Source: Yuukianura sp. NJ FZ-2021 (Eukaryota). From it: 64,000 nucleotides of DNA. Location: the NCBI GenBank assembly GCA_046563655.1, contig CM102288.1:62001-126000 (forward strand). Reading direction: 5' to 3'. Positions 11,955-23,190 of this stretch are shown here, piece after piece. Position 1 is the first letter of the stretch; every line of letters begins with the position of its first letter. The notes beneath the pieces are model-generated. The model did not search any database. It was not told the DNA's origin and worked only from the letters and a program-made list of their open reading frames with translations. The position numbers were made by a program, and so were the translations under genes.

Positions 11955-14900
11955 ATGGAGGTGAGTAGTTTCGACACAAGTACTGGAACTGGAACAAACA
12001 ATACGCTTCCACCCAAATGTCATAATTTTGATTTCTTGGAATTGAAGAGTTGTTATTTAATTTTTAGTGGGGAATTGGTACAAGTACAAAGGTCAATTAT
12101 TAATGGGAGTTTCATGTCCTTACTGTTCTTTCCTACAAATTGCATAAGGGTGGTGGTGGCCATGGAGTCTGGGCGTTTTCCATTCAGAGAGAGCGAATGT
12201 TTCACCCGCAGGGGGTTGTTATAAATCAAAAGTCAAGTGGTGTTATTATGCAATTGTTTGACATTGTAAGTGTCGCCTCCGGGTAGTTTGAGTGGTTGCG
12301 TAATAAGAGTAACAACTGATCATGTGCTTTCAGTATGACTCGACTTCAAATCCGAAGTGGATAAAATGGTCTCATGATCTACACATTACGTTCATTCACT
12401 TTACAACAACCAACTAAAAAGTGTGTCATTTTGTTTCATTTCCAGGTTGGGCCTGCAATGAGTTCCCACCGTCTCCAGAGGTCAGATGCCACAACGACCT
12501 TGGTCATTTCCCCGCAACAACCAGAATCCGAATGTTCCGCATCACCTCGCACCAGTCCGCAGAGTCAACAGTCACAAGAGTTGGATTTTGATGGAATGGG
12601 GGATGGAGCTGGATCTCCAGTCGGATCACTCGACTTTACCTGCAAATTCGACAAACGACGCACATTCAGGTAAATCCATTTCAAAATTATTCAATTCTTG
12701 GCCAGCATTTCCTAAACGGCGCTCTGATGCTACGCTAATTTCCTTCTATGGGGATCTTGTCTGTGATCTAATTGACTCTTGTTTTTGTGTCTTTTGGTGA
12801 TGATTGGTGGTGGTGGGTTTCCGTTGTAGAAGTAGGAATTCATCTGAATCACAACTGGATCATGCCTCTCATGATTTGGAGTGCAGGTAACCATTGTCCA
12901 CACTCTTTTTCCGCTTGTGCCCTTGGTTTGAATGATTGGAATTTGGACTGTTTGTGAACATGTGAAATGGACTCCCACTTCCTCCTCCAGTGACTCCACT
13001 TGAGCACCCACTTCCAACTTCCAATCAACAGACTTTTAGCATCTTCCTTTTCCGTTTCTCATTCCGCAAGTTCCTTCTCAAAGTGCTTAGGCTAAATTAA
13101 CAAAGTATCCTCATCACACTTGACCTTCAACTAGTATTGGCCAACAGTTATTATTTTCACTCCTTCACTCGGCAGTAGTAACGCAAACTGCTTTCAGTTG
13201 ACTAGCTCCTCTCTTGCTCCACTTGTATCTTCCAACACTTTGTTTCATTTTGAAAATGGACTGCTACCTTCGACGCCATACCGTCCACACTCCGGCTGAA
13301 GCGTGAGTCATTTAATCATAAGAGGCAAAAGGATTTAAACTTTTAACGCAGTAGTTAGATTTGAAAAGGAATTGAAGTTGAAATGGAATGGAAGTTTGTA
13401 ACTTGGACTATGGTAGGTTAGATGTTTGTTTGTCAAGTTCCCACTCAAGTTGTGGGACGTTTTGCGAATTGAGTTTGACGGAAGAGAGTTTGGCCTGTTT
13501 ATTTGAGTGGCTCAAATGTTTATGTTGCCTCACCTCAACACTTAAAAATTCATAACTCAATCCAATGTGAATTGGCTTTTTCCTTCCCTTGCTCAATGGC
13601 TGACCTCCTTTCCAAAGAGCCTTTTCAAAGTCATCTTCCGCACTTTTGGAAAACGTCAACATGCTCAATTTGTGTCTCTGCACGTCAACTTTGAGGAATT
13701 GTTTGGTTTTGAGAGGATTCCTACCATTCCCTCTGTGAAAGTCGTCAACATTCCCCTTAAGTTTTATGCTCTTTGTGTATTTGGAAAGTGTGAAATGGAG
13801 CAGTGGATTGTTCGGAATGGGGGAAGTAAGCCCTCCTGCCAAGGGATTTCCACCGTCCAAGGAAAGTGGAGTGTTTGAGTTCAGTCTGAGTAGTGGAGCA
13901 CTCAAGCCACTTAATCCACTCAATTAGTCCATTAGTGGAATGGTATTCCAAAGGCTGAGTCGGTGGGGGTCCGAGGGGCCCTTAACTCATTCTGTCTCCC
14001 TCCGCGTTACGTGGGAGGATCACAGTGTGGAGGACCCGCCACCTTTTAGAAGTCGCAAACGATCAGGCACTTGGCCGTAAGTCAACGCAACCAAAACAAA
14101 CACAATTTCAATCACTCAATCTTTCTAACAAATCCAGTCCGAATTTTAGAAAGTTGAAGACAGGAAATGGTCCGAAAAACGCCAGTTTGAAACTGGCAGT
14201 CTCCAAGGGCGATTGTGTTGCCTCTGTTAATCCTTGTTTTAAAAAACTTTTGACTTTCCGCATCTCCTTGGTTTTTAAATTTTTCCAAATTGAGTGTAGG
14301 CGAAGGACTTTGAGAATGGCAGGGGTCATTCCCAGGCGCAAACGTTAAAATGTTTAAAAAGTTGGTGACATCAGAATGAAAAGTGGCTTGGGTTCTGGTC
14401 AAATGGGGAGCAGCGGTGGGAAAGTGTCTCATCAAGGGTGTGTGTTCTGCTTATTGCTTTCTCCTTCAACTTTCATCCATTTCTACAATTTTCATTTCAG
14501 TTTCCTCTTTCCTGGATTCTGCTTTTATTTTTGATTGATTTTATTGGCAGTGTTTATGAAATTTTGATTATTTTGGAATTATCGATAAGTAGATCCCTCT
14601 TTTGTCAATTGTAATATTGTTTTTTTTTAACAGACGGACGCGATCGCTGAATGCTCCAAGTCCTATTCAACAGTTTGGACCATGTGGACGAATCATGAAA
14701 AATTCAGCAATGGTTATGTAAGAACAACCATCAGTTTAACACATCAAGTTTAATTGACGTCGTTTCTCCAAATTCCCTTTTCAAAATTAGGAAAGTTGGG
14801 ATTTTGAGAAAAATAAAGTGGTTTTTGGCGTGGAATTTTAGTTGCTGTGCTTGTGTGCCGATTGTTTATTGTAGGTTGGATTTCCCAGTCTAAATATGGG

Positions 14901-16395
14901 GAAAATCCGAGTAGAATTCTCATGAGTGGAGGTCATCTCCCTCCTTTTGCCCAAAATTGGGAATTTGTTGAAGAGTGAGATTGTAATCTTTGTTTTGTTG
15001 CAGGCAAATCCAGGATCCTGCATTCCAACGCCTCACTTGGTACAAAACACCGCTCACAGTTCTCGTGATCAAGAAAACAAGAGACATCTCTGTCCTGGAC
15101 CCATTCGTCCAACTCACGAACTGGCTTATCCAGGTTGGTTTCTATGTAAATCCCAACCATTGTCAAACTAAAACTAAAGTTATGCTGAATGTTGTTTTAG
15201 GAAAAGTGCATGGTGGTCCATGTGGAGGCTGCTGTGCTGGAAGATTCCGCGCTCTCGGATAAACAAGACTTCAACTCTGTGAGAGACAAAGTCCAGATTT
15301 TCAGAGAAGGGAGAGATGACCTCACGGACAAGATTGACTTTATCATCTGTCTCGGTGGAGATGGGACTCTGCTCTACGCTTCTTCTCTCTTCCAGAAATC
15401 AGTCCCACCAATCATGGCCTTCCATTTGGGCTCACTCGGATTCCTCACCCCCTTTCTCTTCAACAACTTCCAGGAACAAGTCAACAATGTCCTTCAGGGT
15501 AACAATTCAACTTTTATTCTCAACTTTTGAAGAAGATCTTGCAGATATTTTGGTTTATGTAGGAAATGCTGCCCTGACACTCAGAAGTCGACTGAAGTGT
15601 GTGCTGAAGCGACGCCATTCACTGGAATTGGCTGAATCCACCCCTCCCCGTTTGGTCAACGGTGGAAATGGGCATTCTCACGACGAAGATCGACCAGAAG
15701 CCCTCAGTTTCTTGGTTTTGAATGAAGTGGTTGTGGACAGAGGGCCAAGTCCCTACTTGTCCAATGTGGATCTGTTTATCGATGGGAAGCATGTGACAGT
15801 GGTCCAGGGAGATGGTCTCATCGTGTCAACGCCCACTGGAAGCACTGCCTACGCTGTGGCGGCTGGAGCTTCCATGATCCATCCCTCCGTTCCAGCCATC
15901 ATGATCACTCCAATCTGCCCTCATTCACTCTCTTTCAGACCAATTGTCGTACCTGCTGGAGTAGAACTCAAGGTCTTTACTCTTCTTTTTTCTCAATTTG
16001 AACTTCATTTGTGATTTTTGCAATTTTGGACTTGATTTTTGTGGTTTTAGATCAAGATCTCGCCTGACAGTCGCAACACTGCCTGGGTTTCTTTTGATGG
16101 CAGAAACAGGCAGGAAATCAAACATGGAGATGCGTAAGCTAACAGAAATTCCAAATACTATGATTGTGACTACTCTTATTGTTATACTTGATTGAATTGC
16201 AGTTTGTCCGTGACTACTTCCGTGTACCCCGTACCTTCAATTTGTGCTCAGGATCAGATCCAAGACTGGTTCAACTCTCTGGCCGACTGTCTCCAGTGGA
16301 ATGTGCGCAAGAGACAAAAGACATTTGATGAGAGCGAAGACAATTCCGATTCCTTTGACCAATCAGACAATGGGACCGAGGATTCACTCAAGTGA
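11955..16395 (+). CDS. NADK: NAD kinase (multi-exon; first coding exon tentative)
   Basis: [19 protein letters not shown] exon (~14633), [56 protein letters not shown] ends at 16395. Confidence 0.95.
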
Positions 16396-16992
16396 AAACA
16401 TAGTTGGAGATTGTTAGACAAAAGACTAACAGGGCAAATGGGATCACTGTTGTTCGCTTAATTCCGGAAGTAAGGGTCATGTAGGTCAGAGGCAGCCAAG
16501 TTAAGCTAACGGAAGAGGATATTCAGAATCAAAAGTATTTATAACTTAATTTTATACGCATCTCTATCAGTCTTCACGAGAAAGACTTTGATTGACTACT
16601 TCACAATCACCTTTTTTTAAAGTAATTCTCAATTAAATCTCAATTGGCCACCATTCTTACTCAGCCGTGTCAAGTGTCAAACTGCGTTACTGTCAGAGTC
16701 AGTCTAATATTGTTGAATAATTAATTACCGATCTTTTACTAATTACAACCTCTACCTAATAGCCAAAGTAAATTACATATTCGTAATCAGCGTAAAAAAC
16801 TGAGTTAATTGAGAATTTTATCTCAATTAACTGAGCTTGGCGAGTTTGGAGTAGGAGTTCCGTTGTAATTAGAATCCCGATTAATTACCAAACTAATTAC
16901 AAAATTGATGAAATCAAATTTAATTGTTGAAACAGTAAATAAACTTTTCAATTTTGAATTTGTTGGCGCCAAATTCGAAATTGGCGTCTCTC

Positions 16993-17282
16993 TAACTTAG
17001 CATGCAAAACTACAAAAACAAATGGAAATTGCACTACAGTTGGGAGAAATCTGAGGGCTGAGATTATATTGTCATTGCAAAAGTGGCCAATGGCAGTTCA
17101 TTCTGTGTGATCACTGCCAAGTTCCATTTAGGAAGGCGGGATCTTGTTTTTTTATCAATTTAACTTTAAGCTGAGCTCTCATTTAGGAACCCCTTACCCT
17201 TTTGTCTGGGAAGTTACGGTAACGCTGAAAGTTTTGCAGTTTCAAATTGCCATTTGTTTTTGTAGTTTTGCAAGCTAAGTTA
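16993..17282. mobile_element. MITE-like element (~290 bp) with 33-bp terminal inverted repeats
   Basis: TAACTTAGCATGCAAAACTACAAAAACAAATGG (16993-17025) versus CCATTTGTTTTTGTAGTTTTGCAAGCTAAGTTA (17250-17282), one mismatch; TA at both ends; non-coding interior. Confidence 0.75.
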
Positions 17283-18109
17283 AAATGACATCACTATTTG
17301 AATTCCACATGATAACGTTCCAACGGTCAACACAAACGCAAATGGAGAGACGAGTTTAGAGAGACAAGAAACAACATTTAGTAGTCCGTTAATTGTTAAT
17401 TAGTTTAATTCTCATTACTTCAGCCAAAAGTATCCACTGAACAGGGCTGTGTTGTGCTACAATGTGAGTTCCAGTTCCAGTTCCAGTGTTTATTCATAAT
17501 TGGAGAGGTAATTGATTACATAACAACTGGGCATGGGTTTTGGTATTTGAATGGATGTGTGGTGTGTTAGGTTTAGGTTAGGTTTAGGTATGAATGATTA
17601 ATTTTTGTTGTCAGTGAGCATAATGTCTTCTTGCCTTGCATGTCGCTTAGGATCTGCACCGTACGGAACCAGTTTACAACGGATTCGGGTTCAACGATTT
17701 CGAGTGTCATCGGCTGACGCGGAGGAAGAACACAGTGGACTGAGACCGGTGAGTTGATATCTAGCTAGTATACTGCTGACACGATTCCTTTGCTTTTTTT
17801 AAGAGTTTCTTTAATTAATCGTGCGTGTTGCCTTAACAAATGTTCTTGTCTTTGCAGTTTACTGGCTGGACAGTATTGACGGTCTCACGCATCACGACCC
17901 TTCAATTCCAGGAAAGTTTGACCTCAACATCTGGACATCAAAAAGGTAAGACAAGAATCCTTATTTTTAGTCGCAGGCATCCGGAATCAGCTACCAACAA
18001 TAGGATTTCGGCATCTCTTTTAAAATTGTCGGTTTGTCAGCTACCGGAATCGGTAGTACCATTAATTATGGATAACCCTAGATTTAGGGATACAATCCAA
18101 AACTCTCCT

Positions 18110-18389
18110 ACACCACATATGGACAAACCCTATTTAATGTAGCATCCAATTAACAGCTGATGGCAGTACAGCAAATTTGCATAAACGGTTTAATCTTGCG
18201 ATAATTTTAAAATAATTTTCAATCGCATTCGAGGATTTCCTGACTACGAACAGCTTAGTAATTGTAAATTAAGTGTACTTTTGGAATGCACATATCCGTT
18301 TTAGGTTGTTGTAAAATATCTCAACACGTACACAGGGCCCCAAAAAGAAAGAGTTTTTTTTATAACTGTCCATAGTCCATATGTGGTGT
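18110..18389. mobile_element. Degenerate MITE-like element bounded by a 15-bp perfect inverted repeat
   Basis: ACACCACATATGGAC (18110-18124) and GTCCATATGTGGTGT (18375-18389); true ends may extend slightly further out. Confidence 0.5.
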
Positions 18390-18620
18390 GAATAGTTTGC
18401 CCGTATGCGTTACCAAATCCCCTAAGTTTTATTTGGTACCTGGTAGGTAATGCTATTTAGTTGAAAAAGTAGAAAATTGAGTTTTTTTATTCAAAGACAA
18501 ATTTCGCGCGCGCCTACGGCGCGGGAGGTTCTACAGCTCTTAAACCAAGTCCTCTTTAGGTTAGGTAGCATCTAAGTAACCTGAAACGGCTACAAAGCTG
18601 CACTTTTAGATGTTTAGATT

Positions 18621-18833
18621 TTTATTATTCTCTGTTAAGGTGTATTTTCACATTCAGAGACAAATTTTGTAAAAAGTTTATTATTCTTTGTTAAGGTGTC
18701 AATTCACATTCAGAGACAAATTTTTTAAAGAGTTTATTATTCTCTGTTAAGGTGTAAATTCACATTCAGAGACAAATTTTTTAAAGAGTTTATTGTTCTC
18801 TGCTAAGGTGTAAATTCGCATTCAGAGACAAAC
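18621..18833. repeat. 56-bp satellite A, left remnant (~4 copies)
   Basis: TTATTATTCTCTGTTAAGGTGTAAATTCACATTCAGAGACAAATTTTTTAAAGAG units, same family as 20437-22830. Confidence 0.9.
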
Positions 18834-19049
18834 TTTTCTCTAGAAAACTTTCTTTAAGCAAATTTTGAACTTTTCAAACGTTGTTTTTCTGATCTTTAGT
18901 GGACATTTAAAAAGTTCTTTTAAACACAACTTTTCTCTAGAGAAACTTTTTTTAAATTTTGAATTACTTTTCAAACGTTTTTTGAATTTTTAGTGGGGTG
19001 GGGGGGCGTTTAAAAAGTTCTATCTTTTCAAATGTTAGATCCTTCTTTC

Positions 19050-20435
19050 TCACTTTCGAATCCTTCGCAATTTTTTATTTTTTAACCATTAAATTCTTAG
19101 TTCTAAGCTTTGAATCCTTCGCCACTTTCTATCTCTTTAACCATTAAATTCTTAGTTCTTAGCTTTGAATCCTTCGCCACTTTCTATCTCTTTAACCATT
19201 AAATTCTTAGTTCTAAGCTTTGAATCCTTCGCCACTTTCTATCTCTTTAACCATTAAATTCTTAGTTCTAAGCTTCGAATCCTTCGCCACTTTCTATCTC
19301 TTTAACCATTAAATTCTTAGTTCTAAGCTTCGAATCCTTCGCCACTTTCTATCTCTTTAACCATTAAACTCTTAATTCTAAGCTTCGAATCCTTCGCCAC
19401 TTTCTATCTCTTTAACCATTAAATTCTTAGTTCTAAGCTTCGAATCCTTCGCCACTTTCCTTCTCTTTAACCATTAAATTCGTAGTTCTTGGCTTCGAAT
19501 CCTTCGCCACTTTCTATCTTTTTAACCATTAAATTCTTAGTTCTAAGCTTCGAATCCTTCGCCACTTTCTATCTTTTTAACCATTAAATTTTTAGTTCTA
19601 AGCTTCGAATCCTTCGCCACTTTCTATCTCTTTAACTATTAAATTTTTAGTTCTAAGCTTCGAATCCTTCGCCACTTTCTATCTTTTTAACCATTAAATT
19701 CTTAGTTCTAAGCTTCGAATACTTCGCCACTTTCTATCTCTTTAACCATTAAATTCTTAGTTCTAAGCTTCGAATCCTTCGCCACTTTCTATCTCTTTAA
19801 CCATTAAATTCTTAGTTCTAAGCTTCGAATCCTTCGCCACTTTCTATCTCTTTAACCATTAAATTCTTAGTTCTTAGCTTCGAGTCCTTCGCCACTTTCT
19901 ATCTTTTTAACCATTAAATTCTTAGTTCTAAGCTTCGAATCCTTCGCCACTTTCTATCTTTTTAACCATTAAATTTTTAGTTCTAAGCTTCGAATCCTTC
20001 GCCACTTTCTATCTCTTTAACCATTAAATTCTTAGTTCTAAGCTTCGAATCCTTCGCCACTTTCTATCTTTTTAACCATTAAATTCTTAGTTCTAAGCTT
20101 CGAATCCTTCGCCACTTTCTATCTCTTTAACCACTAAATTTTTAGTTCTAAGCTTCGAATCCTTCGCCACTTTCTCTCTTTAACCATTAAATTTTTAGTT
20201 CTAAGCTTCGAATCCTTCGCCACTTTCTATCTCTTTAACCATTAAATTCTTAGTTCTAAGCTTCGAATCCTTCGCCACTTTCTATCTTTTTAACCATAAA
20301 TTCTTAGTTCTAAGCTTCGAATCCTTCGCCACTTTCTATCTTTTTAACCATTAAATTCTAGTTCTACGCTTCAAAGCTTTCGCAATTTTCTATCTTTTTA
20401 ACAATTAGATTTCTAGTTCTAAGCTTCGAGTCCTT
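19050..20435. repeat. 55-bp tandem satellite B (~25 copies)
   Basis: Unit AAGCTTCGAATCCTTCGCCACTTTCTATCTCTTTAACCATTAAATTCTTAGTTCT; period 55 (e.g. 19201 to 19256). Confidence 0.97.
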
Positions 20436-20436
20436 A

Positions 20437-22830
20437 AAGGTATAAATTTACATTCAGAGATAAATTTTTTAAAAAATTTATTATTCTTTGTTAAGGTGTC
20501 AATTCACTTTCAGAGAGAAATTTTTTAAAAAGTTTATTATTCTCTATTAAGGTGTAAATTCACATTCGGAGACAAATTTTTTAAAGAATTTATTATTCTC
20601 TGTTAAGGTGTAAATTCACAGTCGGAGACAAATTTTTTAAAGAATTTATTATTCTCTGTTAAGGTGTAAATTCACATTCCGAGACAAATTTTTTAAAGAA
20701 TTTATTATTCTCTGTTAAGGCATAAATTCGCATTGACAAATTTTTTAAAAAGTTTATTATTCTCTGTTAAGGCATAAATTCGCATTCAGAGACAAATTTT
20801 TTAAAAAGTTTATTATTCTCTGTTAGGGCATAAATTCGCATTCAGAGACAAATTTTTAAAAAAATTTATTATTCTCTGTTAAGGCATAAATTCGCATTCA
20901 GAGACAAATTTTTTAAAAAAATTATTATTCTCTGTTAAGGCATAAATTCGCATTCAGAGACAAATTTTTAAGAAAATTTATTATTCTCTGTTAAGGCATG
21001 AATTCGCATTCAGAGACAAATTTTTAAAAAAAAATTATTATTCTCTGTTAAGGCATAAATTCGCATTCAGAGACAAATTTTTTAAAAAAAATTATTATTC
21101 TCTGTTAAGGCATAAATTCGCATTCAGAGACAAATTTTTTAAAAAAATTATTATTCTCTGTTAAGGCATAAATTCGCATTCAGAGACAAATTTTTTAAAA
21201 AAATTATTATTCTCTGTTAAGGCATAAATTCGCATTCAGACAAATTTTTAAAAAAAATTTATTATTCTCTGTTAAGGCATAAATTCGCATTCAGAGACAA
21301 ATTTTTTAAAAAATTTATTATTCTCTGTTAAGGCATAAATTTGCATTCAGAGACAAATTTTTTAACAAAATTATTATTCTCTGTTAAGGCATAAATTCGC
21401 ATTCAGAGACAAATTTAAAAAAAAATTTATTATTCTCTGTTAAGGCATAAATTCGCATTCAGAGACAAATTTTTTAAAAAATTATTATTCTCTTTTAAGG
21501 CATAAATTCGCATTCAGAGACAAATTTTTTAAAAAATTTATTATTCTCTGTTAAGGCATAAATTCGCATTCAGAGACAAATTTTTTAACAAAATTATTAT
21601 TCTCTGTTAAGGTGTAAATTCACATTCGGAAACAAATTTTTTAAAGAATTTATTATTCTCTGTTAAGGCATAAATTCGCATTGACAAATTTTTTAAAAAG
21701 TTTATTATTCTCTGTTAAGGCATAAATTCGCATTCAGAGACAAATTTTTTAAAAAGTTTATTATTCTCTGTTAGGGCATAAATTCGCATTCAGAGACAAA
21801 TTTTTAAAAAAATTTATTATTCTCTGTTAAGGCATAAATTCGCATTCAGAGACAAATTTTTTAAAAAAATTATTATTCTCTGTTAAGGCATAAATTCGCA
21901 TTCAGAGACAAATTTTTAAGAAAATTTATTATTCTCTGTTAAGGCATGAATTCGCATTCAGAGACAAATTTTTAAAAAAATTATTATTCTCTGTTAAGGC
22001 ATAAATTCGCATTCAGAGACAAATTTTTTAAAAAAATTATTATTCTCTGTTAAGGCATAAATTCGCATTCAGAGACAAATTTTTTAAAAAAATTATTATT
22101 CTCTGTTAAGGCATAAATTCGCATTCAGAGACAAATTTTTTAAAAAAATTATTATTCTCTGTTAAGGCATAAATTCGCATTCAGACAAATTTTTAAAAAA
22201 AATTTATTATTCTCTGTTAAGGCATAAATTCGCATTCAGAGACAAATTTTTTAAAAAATTTATTATTCTCTGTTAAGGCATAAATTTGCATTCAGAGACA
22301 AATTTTTTAACAAAATTATTATTCTCTGTTAAGGCATAAATTCGCATTCAGAGACAAATTTAAAAAAAAATTTATTATTCTCTGTTAAGGCATAAATTCG
22401 CATTCAGAGACAAATTTTTTAAAAAATTATTATTCTCTTTTAAGGCATAAATTCGCATTCAGAGACAAATTTTTTAAAAAATTTATTATTCTCTGTTAAG
22501 GCATAAATTCGCATTCAGAGACAAATTTTTTAACAAAATTATTATTCTCTGTTAAGGCATAAATTCGCATTCAGAGGAATTTTTTAAAAAATTTATTATT
22601 CTCTGTTAAGGCATAAATTCGCATTCAGAGAAATTTAAAAAAAAATTTATTATTCTCTATTAAGGCATAAATTCGCATTCAGAGACAAATTTTAAAAAAA
22701 AATTTATTATTCTCTGTTAAGGCATAAATTCGCATTCAGAGAAATTTTAAAAAAAATTTATTATTCTCTATTAAGGCATAAATAGGTTCAGAGACCTTCG
22801 CATTCAGAGACAAATTTTGAAAAATTTATT
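20437..22830. repeat. 56-bp tandem satellite A (~42 copies) with ~948-bp higher-order duplication
   Basis: Unit TCTGTTAAGGCATAAATTCGCATTCAGAGACAAATTTTTTAAAAAGTTTATTATTC; period 56 (20761 to 20817); diagnostic variants recur 945-948 bp apart. Confidence 0.97.
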
Positions 22831-23190
22831 AGCAACTCAATTTCAGTGTCTCCATGATCCAGCTCCGTCTGGGTGGATTTGTCGTTATTTTCTATTACGT
22901 AAAGGCTGTTTCTCAATCCGGAAATTAATAATCTAACCTATTAAGATTTAAGAATCTAACGTCAGGAATTTCTGTATTTGGCATTAAACGTCAGGATTTG
23001 CATTTGGAATTAAACGTCAGGATTTTCTGCAGTAGGAATAGACCATATTTTAATAATAATTCCTAATGTGGAAAAATTCCTAGTAACTTTAATCAGCAAA
23101 ACTCCCCCCATACTGCTCACGCGGAAACATTTCATTTGACAACATTTGTTTCAGTTTTGTTGTTAATAATTGTGTTAAATTGAGAATGGT

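Noticed and set aside
13408..13923. 171-aa minus-strand ORF inside the NADK intron
   Set aside because: Non-ATG start, no recognisable domain, no supporting exon structure; likely a chance ORF.
17566..17589. TTAGG/TTTAGG run as an interstitial telomere
   Set aside because: Only about four imperfect units; too short to support.
19050..22830. CRISPR-like appearance of the long repeat arrays
   Set aside because: Units are contiguous with no unique spacers, there are no cas genes, and the context is eukaryotic.
22852..22920. Possible SECIS after the putative TGA-containing ORF
   Set aside because: ATGA...GA is present but there is no proper 11-12 bp helix or apical AA loop.
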